Made by a program: the position numbers and the translations under genes | Shown here: positions 35,866 to 44,945 of the stretch, one piece after another | Position numbering within the stretch: position 1 is the stretch's first letter | How the letters are laid out: each line of letters begins with the position of its first letter | Virus record (IMG/VR): IMGVR_UViG_3300042516_001356 | Length of the DNA: 64,000 bases | Direction: 5' to 3' (one strand) | Source: an uncultured virus (IMG/VR IMGVR_UViG_3300042516_001356) | Lineage: Duplodnaviria > Heunggongvirae > Uroviricota > Caudoviricetes | Notes under the pieces: generated by a model | The model's database searches: none | The model's input: only the letters and a program-made list of their open reading frames with translations | Told to the model about the DNA's origin: nothing

Positions 35866-36462
35866 CTACAATATCTCCAATTTTATCGGGGCACCAATAA
35901 GACTCTCACTAACACTGGTCCACAACTGTGAGGACATACTAGTATTAATTTTAGCAGACATACCTATAGACTCCATAACGTAGTTATATCCTCCAGACTT
36001 GGTTTGAACTTTGTTCCAAACCCCACTATCATATATCAAGGTTTGGGAATCAAATACAAAAAGATAATAAACCTTTTTCTCATTTTCGGCGGGGACAGAA
36101 GACCAATCCTGGTCTGACTTAGCAAGACACACATAATACTTAGCACTATTATCCACTACGCTAGATATCATGGCATCTAAGGTTTGATATTTACCTAGCC
36201 TGGATCCAGAGAAGGTTAGTGTGTTATTTGCGTATACACCCGATTTAACAGAGAAACTTTCGCCTGACTCTAAAGACATGTCTACGCTGACGGAATGGCT
36301 TCTATTAGGCTGCCAGTCGTTTATCAGGCCATGTTCTGTAAAGGTGTTAGCAATAAGTTCTTCCAAGAACTCACTTGTACAAGGAAGCCTATAAACTGAA
36401 TGATGTGTTTTTAGTTTGCTTGTCAAACCTTCAATAAGGATTTGCTTAATCATATCTAGCAC
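35866..36462 (-). CDS. PD-(D/E)xK restriction-endonuclease-like protein
   Basis: EFLEELIA helix, HSVSVDM, FSVKSG, SQLW; lone antisense gene with its own -10. Confidence 0.55.
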   Translation of the reverse strand: MLDMIKQILIEGLTSKLKTHHSVYRLPCTSEFLEELIANTFTEHGLINDWQPNRSHSVSVDMSLESGESFSVKSGVYANNTLTFSGSRLGKYQTLDAMISSVVDNSAKYYVCLAKSDQDWSSVPAENEKKVYYLFVFDSQTLIYDSGVWNKVQTKSGGYNYVMESIGMSAKINTSMSSQLWTSVSESLIGAPIKLEIL

Positions 36463-36500
36463 ATCTAAGTATAACCCATATCGGGATATTAAGCAAACAT

Positions 36501-36583
36501 AGATACTACATCCGATTAGACATTTGTGGACTGCGTAGCAGTCGTATTATGTCTTATGATGGTTTGATATCTCTATTTTCGGC
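36501..36583 (+). repeat. Rod-hairpin element copy C
   Basis: AGATA/TATCT, CATC/GATG, AGACAT/ATGTCT, GACTGC/GCAGTC; flanks match copies A and B. Confidence 0.55.
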
Positions 36584-36624
36584 TTAACTTATATCCCGCC
36601 TAAATAAATAGATATAATTGCTAT

Positions 36625-36903
36625 ATGGCAACAGCGCATTCATTAGTCACACTTAGCGATTCTTCTGCTACTCGCTTGACGCCATTAGGCGCACACGGCG
36701 GAATGGATATTACCCTACAAAATGTTAACGCAACTGGATATATTTATATTGGTGGCGAAGGAGTATCATCTTCTAACTACGGGTTTAGAATTATGCCAAA
36801 CCATTCAATCTCTTTTGAACTTGTATCCAATGATGCGCTATATGCAACTTCATCCGTAAACTCTATGAACGTTGCTATGATTCAAATCGGCTTGGAGCCT
36901 TAA
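36625..36903 (+). CDS. Hypothetical virion-associated protein
   Basis: ITLQN...IYIGGEGVSSSNYGFRI; leaderless promoter. Confidence 0.65.
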   Translation: MATAHSLVTLSDSSATRLTPLGAHGGMDITLQNVNATGYIYIGGEGVSSSNYGFRIMPNHSISFELVSNDALYATSSVNSMNVAMIQIGLEP

Positions 36904-37350
36904 GTGGCAAGATTTACGCATCCCGCTTTTGGAGATGTCGGCGGACTCACAACCGAAATAAAATCTTATTTTCCAGTATGGTCTGGAACTGGATTAGTCT
37001 TTACTGGAACTCCTGCAACAGGAACATATATAAAAATAGGAAATTTTATCCAAGTTCAAATTAGCGTTGACTTTGATAATGTAAGTAATTTCGGAACTGG
37101 ACAATATTTCTTAACACTTCCGTTTCCATCAAAATACCATACGGATGTTTATGGTGGCTCCGTTCATGATATTGTAAATCAAGGTGTGGATCACTATAGT
37201 CTTAAAGGACATTTAGATGATGGCAGTTCTACTTTTACAATTTGGAATATTAAATCTTCGGCAGCAGATGAACCATTTGACCACAACAGTCCAATTGGTT
37301 TAACAACAAATGATTTATTTCATATGTCTTTTTCATACATTTGTGAATAA
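36904..37350 (+). CDS. Tail-fibre-tip-like beta protein
   Basis: GTYIKIGN...GTGQYFLTLPF...FSY. Confidence 0.6.
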   Translation: MARFTHPAFGDVGGLTTEIKSYFPVWSGTGLVFTGTPATGTYIKIGNFIQVQISVDFDNVSNFGTGQYFLTLPFPSKYHTDVYGGSVHDIVNQGVDHYSLKGHLDDGSSTFTIWNIKSSAADEPFDHNSPIGLTTNDLFHMSFSYICE

Positions 37351-37379
37351 CAGTCTCAAATAATGATATAATAAACCTT

Positions 37380-37595
37380 ATGTCACCTCAAGATTGGGCA
37401 GCATTAACCTTAACTCTTCTTACCATTGTAACTATTGTTGCTGGTGGAATTCGTTGGCTTGTAAAGCATTATTTAAACGAACTTAAGCCAAATTCTGGAT
37501 CCAGTCTAAAAGACTCCGTTAATCGCCTAGAGGAAAAAACTGACAAACTATTTGATCTTTTACTTGAACACTTTAAAGATCATTCTAAAAAATAA
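37380..37595 (+). CDS. Single-TM membrane protein
   Basis: TM segment then ELKPNSGSSLKD..NRLE. Confidence 0.7.
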   Translation: MSPQDWAALTLTLLTIVTIVAGGIRWLVKHYLNELKPNSGSSLKDSVNRLEEKTDKLFDLLLEHFKDHSKK

Positions 37596-37811
37596 TTTTC
37601 TTTATATATAATATATAAGATACTTTAAAAACCTTACTTGCTAGTTATTCTTTTTCTTTATATATTTTAAGTATACACTTTTATACCCTGGTTTTTTACA
37701 CTTTATGCGGAAATGATTATAACGATTCTATAACAATTCTTTTAATGTCTGGTTTATAACGTTTTGTTATAATATGTCCGTTTTAGAATAATACAATGTT
37801 ATAATTTTTAT

Positions 37812-37868
37812 GCTGGCACCTAGATACTACCCCCCCACCCCACTGCGTCTAGGTGTCCAGTTTTATTT
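37812..37868 (+). ncRNA. Candidate small RNA hairpin with C-rich loop
   Basis: TGTTATAAT at 37797-37805; CTGG-CACCTAGA/TCTAGGTG-T-CCAG stem; T tract. Confidence 0.5.
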
Positions 37869-37887
37869 AATGGTATAATCAATTATT

Positions 37888-38289
37888 ATGTGTGCTCCTA
37901 CAATAGAAAAATATGGCGCTTCGCCAGCAAACATTCAATGGACCGTAGTCCGTGGAAACAATGCGACCCTAAAAGTAGAATTTTTTGAAGATGACGAAAC
38001 AACTGTTTACGACACAGATGGCTGGACATACCTATCTACAGCCTATGATCCTACAGGAGAAGTTCTTGATGAACTTACAGTAACAGAAGATGATGGGTAT
38101 GCAATTATTTCTATACCTGCAGATATTGCTACTAACTGGGGGACTCAGTATAGGTCCGTGGTTTCAGAATTACAATTTGACCTTCAGGTTACAATTCCTG
38201 GTGGTAGTGGAGAAGCAGACACAATTTGGACTCCAGTAATTGGAACAATTTGTGTGCTTGGAAATGTCACCCCTGGAGGAAGTTTATAA
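37888..38289 (+). CDS. BppU-like/Ig-like tail-baseplate protein
   Basis: IQWTVVRG...FDLQV...GTI; paralogous to 39135 and 44946. Confidence 0.6.
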   Translation: MCAPTIEKYGASPANIQWTVVRGNNATLKVEFFEDDETTVYDTDGWTYLSTAYDPTGEVLDELTVTEDDGYAIISIPADIATNWGTQYRSVVSELQFDLQVTIPGGSGEADTIWTPVIGTICVLGNVTPGGSL

Positions 38290-38390
38290 TGCCAGTTGTA
38301 AAGGTTTCTACTCCAAATACAAATATTCCACCAATTGTTAAAATTGGCAAAAAGGTCTTTAAGACAAAAATAAAGTAAGGTTTGGAAAAC

Positions 38391-39110
38391 ATGACAAAGA
38401 GCATGGATTTTCCAATCAAAAAGAAAAAATACACTGAGACTGTAGAACAAACAAAATCTATTGAGTATATTGCCGTTCCTGGAATCCAAGGGGAAAAAGG
38501 TGAAGTGGGGCCAATTGGTCCTCAAGGCCCTCAAGGTATAAAAGGTGATAGAGGCGAAAAGGGTGCACAAGGACTACAAGGACCAAAAGGAGAAAAAGGT
38601 GATACGGGTAAAGGTGCAGAAGGATACGATAGCCCCTCTGGTCAGTACCCTGGGTGGGCACACTATGTTGGAAAAAATACAAAGACTTATAAAGTCGGTC
38701 CAGAAAGAGGAGAAGATGGATGGGTTTCTTTTTTCTTAGATATAGATGAATCCCAAACCAATGAAGCATATCTTCCAAACAAATCAGTTTCTTTATTAAA
38801 TCAAATAGCAAAGACTATCAACCTAAAAACACTTAAAGTAGGGGCAAAGGTAGAGGTTAGGTATGATTTTTCTTTAGAAACATATTCAAACAATACAGAA
38901 GTTTGGATTAGAACCTTTTTACGAAACGAAGAATTATCACCTATAGGATATGTTGGGTTATTAAAATATCAATATCAATATGACCTGTCTTACTCTCAAA
39001 CCATTTTTATAAATAGCGACAAGATAAAAAATTATGGAGGCATCCCTCAAATCAGAACAGACAATGAAGGATCTTTTATATTAAAAGGCATATATATAGC
39101 AGTATCATAA
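38391..39110 (+). CDS. Collagen-like (Gly-X-Y) fibre protein
   Basis: About 16 GXY triplets followed by a globular domain. Confidence 0.85.
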   Translation: MTKSMDFPIKKKKYTETVEQTKSIEYIAVPGIQGEKGEVGPIGPQGPQGIKGDRGEKGAQGLQGPKGEKGDTGKGAEGYDSPSGQYPGWAHYVGKNTKTYKVGPERGEDGWVSFFLDIDESQTNEAYLPNKSVSLLNQIAKTINLKTLKVGAKVEVRYDFSLETYSNNTEVWIRTFLRNEELSPIGYVGLLKYQYQYDLSYSQTIFINSDKIKNYGGIPQIRTDNEGSFILKGIYIAVS

Positions 39111-39134
39111 TGGTATAATGTTATAGGAGGAATA

Positions 39135-39485
39135 ATGGCATTTCCAGGCACATATAATTTTAATTACTACCGTGGTGATAGGTACGAATTTGTAATCCGT
39201 CCTAAAAACGCAAACGGCGACGCATTTGACTTAACAGGATATAGTGCAGGCTTTTTCATTGCAAATCAAAGAGGTGAAAATAAAACTCAATATGAAATGC
39301 AAGCAGTTGTTGATGGCTCTACAGATGTAGTAACTTGCACAATTTTACCAGGTGCTGGAGAAGAACTTGCTGCTGGAACATATGTTTACGATGTTCAAAT
39401 AGATTCTGGAGCAACACTAATTTACACACTTTTGACTGGATCAATAACAGTAACAGATGATATTACTGGAGCAGATGATTCATAA
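39135..39485 (+). CDS. BppU-like tail protein
   Basis: YRGD...DLTGYS...GTYVYDVQI...LLTGSITV..DIT. Confidence 0.65.
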   Translation: MAFPGTYNFNYYRGDRYEFVIRPKNANGDAFDLTGYSAGFFIANQRGENKTQYEMQAVVDGSTDVVTCTILPGAGEELAAGTYVYDVQIDSGATLIYTLLTGSITVTDDITGADDS

Positions 39486-40060
39486 TGGTTGACGTACTAC
39501 TTAATACCGATGATGTTGTTGTTATAGGACCGCCAGAGTCAATTGATCTATTAGTTGACATTGGACCACAGGGAACTCGTGGTAGTAAGTTTATTGTTGG
39601 TTCTGGAGAACCTAATGCATTAACAGCAAGTGGTGTTTTATTTGGAAACACCTTAATTTTAAATGATATGTATATTAATACCGCCCCAGGAGAAAACTAT
39701 GGATATATGTATCAATATATTTCTCAGGCTGGTGCAAATACTTGGGTTCAAGTTTTAAAAGTAAGTCCAGCAATTTACTCCTCTGTAGAAACAATTGCCT
39801 TTACGTCTGGCGCAGGATCAATAACTATTCCAATATCAAACATAGTAACAGTTAGTGGTTCACCACTTACCGCTTCAAACTTCAATGTTCAGTTTCAAAT
39901 TGAAGGAGCAAATCCAATTGCTTCATCAATGGAGATACCTGCTTTAGCAGGGGCTGGAACAAACTTAGTAATAAACTTTGACGCAGTTCAATATAGCGGT
40001 GGTAGTTGGTCAGCGCTTACTGGAAATAAAACTGTACACCTTTTTATATCTATAGTTTAA
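39485..40060 (+). CDS. Minor tail/structural protein
   Basis: GPQGTRGSKF..G.G.P...DMYIN. Confidence 0.65.
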   Translation: MVDVLLNTDDVVVIGPPESIDLLVDIGPQGTRGSKFIVGSGEPNALTASGVLFGNTLILNDMYINTAPGENYGYMYQYISQAGANTWVQVLKVSPAIYSSVETIAFTSGAGSITIPISNIVTVSGSPLTASNFNVQFQIEGANPIASSMEIPALAGAGTNLVINFDAVQYSGGSWSALTGNKTVHLFISIV

Positions 40061-40095
40061 TATAAAAATGGTATAATCTTTAAAGAGGTGATCCG

Positions 40096-40575
40096 ATGGC
40101 TGTAGAAAATATAGGAAATTTAGTACCAACAAAAATTCCAGCATTAATTGATGATGCTAATATTCAAGATGCTTTAAAGGCATACCACTACGGCTCGTAT
40201 GATTTTGATACTGCAGAAACAGATCCAGCAGAACTTTTAAATCCATCAATTGCTTATACAATTAACAGTTTACAGAGTCAAATCACTACAAAGGCTGCGC
40301 TAGAGGTTTCAGCAAGAAACATATCTTCAGCACAAAACTCTGCACCCGTTGCAGCAAACTTCACAACATTTTCTGCAACAATACCAGATGGATATATTTG
40401 GGTGGACAAAGATGCAGCAGCCCCAGTAGGGTATATATCGGCAACATCTATTTATACTGCAACACAGCCATCAACTGGATTAGCCAATGGAGTTATTTGG
40501 ATTAAAAAAGGATCAAGCCCACTAGAGATGTATGTTTATAATGGGGACACTAGCACTTTTGATCAGGTGGTTTAA
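40096..40575 (+). CDS. Minor tail/structural protein
   Basis: GYIWVD and GVIWIK fibre-type motifs. Confidence 0.65.
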   Translation: MAVENIGNLVPTKIPALIDDANIQDALKAYHYGSYDFDTAETDPAELLNPSIAYTINSLQSQITTKAALEVSARNISSAQNSAPVAANFTTFSATIPDGYIWVDKDAAAPVGYISATSIYTATQPSTGLANGVIWIKKGSSPLEMYVYNGDTSTFDQVV

Positions 40576-40955
40576 TGCCAACATTATTTAATTACGACGG
40601 AAAACCAGGATATATTTATAATGTAGCAGACGATACCTGGTATGAGTTATCTGGTAAAACAGATACATCTGGAACTTATGAGTGGGCGGGGTTGCAAACC
40701 TATTTATCTAATGTAACAATGGTTGAGGCGTTAGTTGCAAAAAGGGGTATAAATAATTATCTTAATCCAGCAGCAAGAGATGCATCAATTACATCTCCAG
40801 TCGCTGGATCAATATGTGTAATAAGACAAGATTCATCTGGAAATATAATTAATACCCTTCAAATTTATGATGGATCTAACTGGTTACCAATTGCAAAACA
40901 ATCTATCGTTGAAGAGTTAGAAATTAAAACAATTATGGGAGTTTATACCTTATAA
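40575..40955 (+). CDS. Minor tail/structural protein
   Basis: AARDASITSP.AG...LQIYDGSNW. Confidence 0.65.
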   Translation: MPTLFNYDGKPGYIYNVADDTWYELSGKTDTSGTYEWAGLQTYLSNVTMVEALVAKRGINNYLNPAARDASITSPVAGSICVIRQDSSGNIINTLQIYDGSNWLPIAKQSIVEELEIKTIMGVYTL

Positions 40956-40998
40956 AAAGGTGCTATAATAATCTCATACCACAGAAAGGTAGTAACTA

Positions 40999-41301
40999 AT
41001 GGCTACAACTTCAAAGGTGCTTTTTAGAGGAGCAGCATCAACCTCAAGCGCAACCCTATACACAACCCCTTCGTCAACCACAACGGTAGTAACAAATATT
41101 TCTGTTGCTAATACTGCAGCATCTGCAGCAACATTCACTATTTTGTTAGATGATATTGAATTACAGAAAGACTCAACAGTCGCTGCCAATACAACAGCAT
41201 ACATTGACCTTAAGCAGGTCTTAGAGGCTACAGATACAATTAAAGGTTTAGCATCTGCTACAACAGTAGACTTTCACATTAGCGGAGTGGAGATAGCGTA
41301 A
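40999..41301 (+). CDS. Minor tail protein
   Basis: ATLYTTPS.TTTVV...HISGVEI. Confidence 0.7.
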   Translation: MATTSKVLFRGAASTSSATLYTTPSSTTTVVTNISVANTAASAATFTILLDDIELQKDSTVAANTTAYIDLKQVLEATDTIKGLASATTVDFHISGVEIA

Positions 41302-42212
41302 TGGGAATAAGTGTATTTCCCCCAGCATCAGCAGCGTCTGTATTAGAAACTAAAGCGGTATCGGTACCAGCAGCATCTGTTGGCTACAGACTATCTACAA
41401 GTTTTCCCGCATCTACCTACACAATCACCTGCCCAGCAACTGTTGTTGCTACAGTAACTTTTGAAGACTCTGCTGGCGCAATTGGAAGAACTTCTACATC
41501 AAGTGGTTCAGTTCAACTCAGTTTGTCTAGAGATGCAGATAAAGCACTTATCTATACTAATGCTGGAACTAGCGTAATTGTTACGATTACCCCTAGCGGT
41601 AGATCCCTTAGCCCAGTAGCAACTGGTGCGGCTACTGAATATAATACAACTACAACTCTTAGTACAACTGGTGCTGCATATAGCATAATTGTTGGTGGCG
41701 GAGGTGGCGGATCAGGTGCTGGATCATACCCAGGCGGTGCTGGTGGCGCTGGCGGTATTTCTGCTGGCTATACTCCAATATCATCAAACGCTTCTATAGT
41801 AATTGGCGGTGGCGCAGGTGGCGCAGGACCCAGCGCAGGATTTGGCGGAGGAAATGCTTCAGGTGGTGGCACATCAACAATTTCTGGTACTGGAATTACA
41901 ACATTAACTGCAAACGGCGGTGGTGGCGGACATTACTCACTACACAATGGCGCACAAGGTGGCGGAGGCGGAACTGGAAATGCCGTAAATGGTGGTTCTG
42001 GAGGACCCCATGGATATGGTACTGGTGGTGGCACCTCTTACAACTCGGGTGAATTTATTTTCGTAAAAAGTGGAACTATATCAACTGGCGGTGCTTGGGG
42101 TACTAATGCTGGTGCAGGTCTTAAAGGTGGTGGTGGCGCAGCAGGTGGTAATGGCCCTACTGGCAATGGTGGCGATGGTGGAGCAGGCGTTGCTTACGTC
42201 CTTGAGGTTTAG
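41301..42212 (+). CDS. Glycine-rich tail fibre/receptor-binding protein
   Basis: IVGGGGGGSG...GGAGG polyglycine domain. Confidence 0.75.
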   Translation: MGISVFPPASAASVLETKAVSVPAASVGYRLSTSFPASTYTITCPATVVATVTFEDSAGAIGRTSTSSGSVQLSLSRDADKALIYTNAGTSVIVTITPSGRSLSPVATGAATEYNTTTTLSTTGAAYSIIVGGGGGGSGAGSYPGGAGGAGGISAGYTPISSNASIVIGGGAGGAGPSAGFGGGNASGGGTSTISGTGITTLTANGGGGGHYSLHNGAQGGGGGTGNAVNGGSGGPHGYGTGGGTSYNSGEFIFVKSGTISTGGAWGTNAGAGLKGGGGAAGGNGPTGNGGDGGAGVAYVLEV

Positions 42213-42224
42213 AGAGGAACTATC

Positions 42225-42503
42225 ATGAGTAAATTTGCATTTATTGATGGGGATGAAGTAGTAAATATTATTATTGCTGATTCACTAGAAATTGCACAGT
42301 CGGTGACAGAGTTTGCCTGTGTTGAGTGTACAGATGAAGATAATGCTCAAGTAGGTGGCTCATATATTAACGGAAACTTTATACCAGTTAAACCTTTTCC
42401 AAGTTGGGTCTACTCAAATGGTAGTTGGAATGCACCAGTAGAGTGTCCAGATGCAACTATGGTTTGGGATGAAGAAAATCTTTCTTGGATTACAAATAAT
42501 TAA
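42225..42503 (+). CDS. Tail-fibre partner/assembly protein
   Basis: VVNIIIAD...KPFPSWV...W.APV...WDE...W, directly after the Gly-rich fibre. Confidence 0.65.
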   Translation: MSKFAFIDGDEVVNIIIADSLEIAQSVTEFACVECTDEDNAQVGGSYINGNFIPVKPFPSWVYSNGSWNAPVECPDATMVWDEENLSWITNN

Positions 42504-42567
42504 CTAGTTTTAAAGGCTTGCTTGTAATTGCTGTATAGTGGGTTTAATAATATAAACGGGGGGGCAG

Positions 42568-43254
42568 ATGAATATTACTTTTACCAACACTATTCCTTTT
42601 GAAATAGATCCCCCACAACCCGCATCTAAGTTTATACCTGAATGGTACACAAACACAGACTCATACATTGGTAAAAATAAAAAACCAGATGGTAACGGTG
42701 GTACAACGGGAACGATAAAACGTTGCATGCCAGTGTTTGATGCTATAACTGCAGGATATATAATCTCGTCACCCGCTGATGTCTACGTTAGCCTTGTAGA
42801 TGGTTATCATTACTTTGAATGGGCTTCTTTTAATTTAATTAGTCTGCATTCTCTAGAACAAGCCATTGAGCATCCAGCCCGAAATAGACAAGATGTACCT
42901 GTACCCAAGTGGGAGAATCCTTGGTCTATTAAAACACCTAAAGGATATTCAACCTTATTTGTTCAACCGTTTCATAGAGAATCGGTTTTTACCATTCTTC
43001 CAGGAATTGTGGATACCGACACTTACACGGCGCCAATTAATTTCCCTATGATTATGAATGATCCTGACTTTGAGGGGTTAATTCCAAAAGGAACACCTAT
43101 TGCACAGGTTATTCCCTTCAGGCGTGATACTTGGCATATGAGTTTAGGATCTGACAAAGAACTTAAAGAACAACATAGTATTAGGTCAAAACTAAACAGC
43201 AAATTTTTTGATAGATATAAAACTATGTTTTGGAATAAAAAGGAGTATAGGTAA
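42568..43254 (+). CDS. DUF6065-like / dUTPase-fold paralog 5
   Basis: PEWY, TIKRCMPVFDAITAGY, TPKGYS, LPGIVDTDTY, KGTPIAQVIPF. Confidence 0.65.
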   Translation: MNITFTNTIPFEIDPPQPASKFIPEWYTNTDSYIGKNKKPDGNGGTTGTIKRCMPVFDAITAGYIISSPADVYVSLVDGYHYFEWASFNLISLHSLEQAIEHPARNRQDVPVPKWENPWSIKTPKGYSTLFVQPFHRESVFTILPGIVDTDTYTAPINFPMIMNDPDFEGLIPKGTPIAQVIPFRRDTWHMSLGSDKELKEQHSIRSKLNSKFFDRYKTMFWNKKEYR

Positions 43255-43445
43255 TGTGTCCAAACTGCGGTGCAGACTTAGCGCCAATTATTTACGGTAA
43301 TTGGTCTCAAGAAATGATTCCCTTATTTAAACAAAATAAGGTAATCCTTGCATCTGATAAAAGCCAATACTTTTATGCGCCAGGTTCTCATTGCTTTAAC
43401 TGCGGACTGTCTTCTGATATAGTTGTACCTATCCCAAACTTATAA
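43254..43445 (+). CDS. Small Zn-ribbon protein
   Basis: CPNCG...PIIYG...HCFNCG. Confidence 0.65.
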   Translation: MCPNCGADLAPIIYGNWSQEMIPLFKQNKVILASDKSQYFYAPGSHCFNCGLSSDIVVPIPNL

Positions 43446-43457
43446 AATAGGAGAATC

Positions 43458-44147
43458 GTGATAACTAAAAAAGAATCTGTTGCGCTTGGTTGGTGCGACA
43501 ATGGCAACACAGATGGTAAATTTGTAGAAGGATTAGTTTCAATTTTTACCCATGGCAAAAGTCTTGGTCTTAACATAGATTCTTTTGTGCGTGTAGAAGG
43601 AAATCAAATAGGAAGACAGAGGCAAGCACTTTTTGATTGTTGGGCAAATGATTCACAAGATGATTGGTTGTTATGGATTGACTCTGACATTCATATAACT
43701 GCAGAAACATTAAAGAAAATTTGGGATACGGCAGACAAAGAAAAAAGACCAGTTGTAAGTGGAACATATTTTATTTCTAAACAATTAGATGGCTCTCTTA
43801 TGGTACCTTTTCCCGCACTATTTAATGACCTGTCTGAGTTTGCTATTGAGTATGTACATCCTCTTCCAGTTGATGAGGTTGTAAGGTGTGATTCTGCTGG
43901 AATGGGGTTAGTAATTATGCACCGATCTATTATTTCTAAATTAAGAGAAAAATATCCAAATCAGTCTTTATTTGCAGAACAAGAGGGGATTGAAGACGAG
44001 TATATTGGTGAAGATGTTGTTTTCTTTAGAAAATTAAAAGCAGCAGGAATTCCATTACATGCACACACAGGCGCTATTGCTACGCACGTAAAAAGGTTTC
44101 AATTAAACGTTGACTACTACAACCTATACTGGACTAGCAAGGTTTAA
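43458..44147 (+). CDS. GT2-like glycosyltransferase
   Basis: WLLWIDSD, AGMGLVIMHR, GEDVVF, H.K; RBS AGGAG. Confidence 0.85.
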   Translation: MITKKESVALGWCDNGNTDGKFVEGLVSIFTHGKSLGLNIDSFVRVEGNQIGRQRQALFDCWANDSQDDWLLWIDSDIHITAETLKKIWDTADKEKRPVVSGTYFISKQLDGSLMVPFPALFNDLSEFAIEYVHPLPVDEVVRCDSAGMGLVIMHRSIISKLREKYPNQSLFAEQEGIEDEYIGEDVVFFRKLKAAGIPLHAHTGAIATHVKRFQLNVDYYNLYWTSKV

Positions 44148-44197
44148 TTTTATACTTTATTTCTAGCCTTTTATGTTAGTAAAATAGTTAACATTTA

Positions 44198-44240
44198 AAA
44201 TAAAACCCCCCAAGCCAAAAGCAAGGGGGGTATTTTATTT
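44198..44240. terminator. Bidirectional terminator
   Basis: AAAATAAAACCCCCC...GGGGGGTATTTTATT between convergent genes. Confidence 0.7.
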
Positions 44241-44244
44241 GATA

Positions 44245-44799
44245 TTATTTTTTGTCTTTTTTGCATGGATATTTGTTGTACCATTCCTGATACCGTGATC
44301 CATTCAGGGTAGTCCAGGAAGACCAGTCTTTACCACCTTTAGTCATATGATGTGCTATCTGTGCGTTTTTAACTGGGTTAAACAGTTCAGAGTTTGAACC
44401 TAATTCAAACTTCTCCCTGCGATCTGGCCCCAAGTCCCCTATCATGTTTATTTGAAACATTCCATAAGAACTATCTCCAGTTTTAGGATTACCATTAAAA
44501 GCATGTGGTCTAGCGTTGGTTTCGGCCATAGCAATTGCACAAGCAGTTCTTAAAGCATTTCCTTCAAACCCCACATGCTTTAACAAATCAACTAATTCTT
44601 CATTGGTTAATTTATCAGCATTTTCATATTTTTCTAACTTTTTATCTTTAGAAACCAAAAAAGCCACCTCTTGGGTGGCAGACTTAATGGACTCTTTAAT
44701 TAATAAGTTATTTTCGTTTGATGCTTTTGCTGTACCCACAAAAACGGTACTACAAATAACTAACGATAATACCCCTAGCCAAGCATTAGATTCTCTCAT
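44245..44799 (-). CDS. Secreted lytic transglycosylase (SLT/lysozyme-like)
   Basis: Signal peptide; AIAMAET, DSSYGMFQIN, LFNPVKNA, DWSSW; RBS AGGAGG. Confidence 0.85.
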   Translation of the reverse strand: MRESNAWLGVLSLVICSTVFVGTAKASNENNLLIKESIKSATQEVAFLVSKDKKLEKYENADKLTNEELVDLLKHVGFEGNALRTACAIAMAETNARPHAFNGNPKTGDSSYGMFQINMIGDLGPDRREKFELGSNSELFNPVKNAQIAHHMTKGGKDWSSWTTLNGSRYQEWYNKYPCKKDKK

Positions 44800-44945
44800 T
44801 GTAAAATACCTCCTAGAGAACAAATGCTACCAAGTAGGTAGCATGTATTAATTATACCACTATTTGACCTTTTGAGTCAAATACCCGCATAAAATAAAAA
44901 AATATTTATAATATTGTTATTAGTTAATGGTATAATGATAAGATT

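Noticed and set aside
44800..44860. c-di-AMP riboswitch upstream of the transglycosylase
   Set aside because: Leader is too short (~50 nt) and shows only one hairpin.
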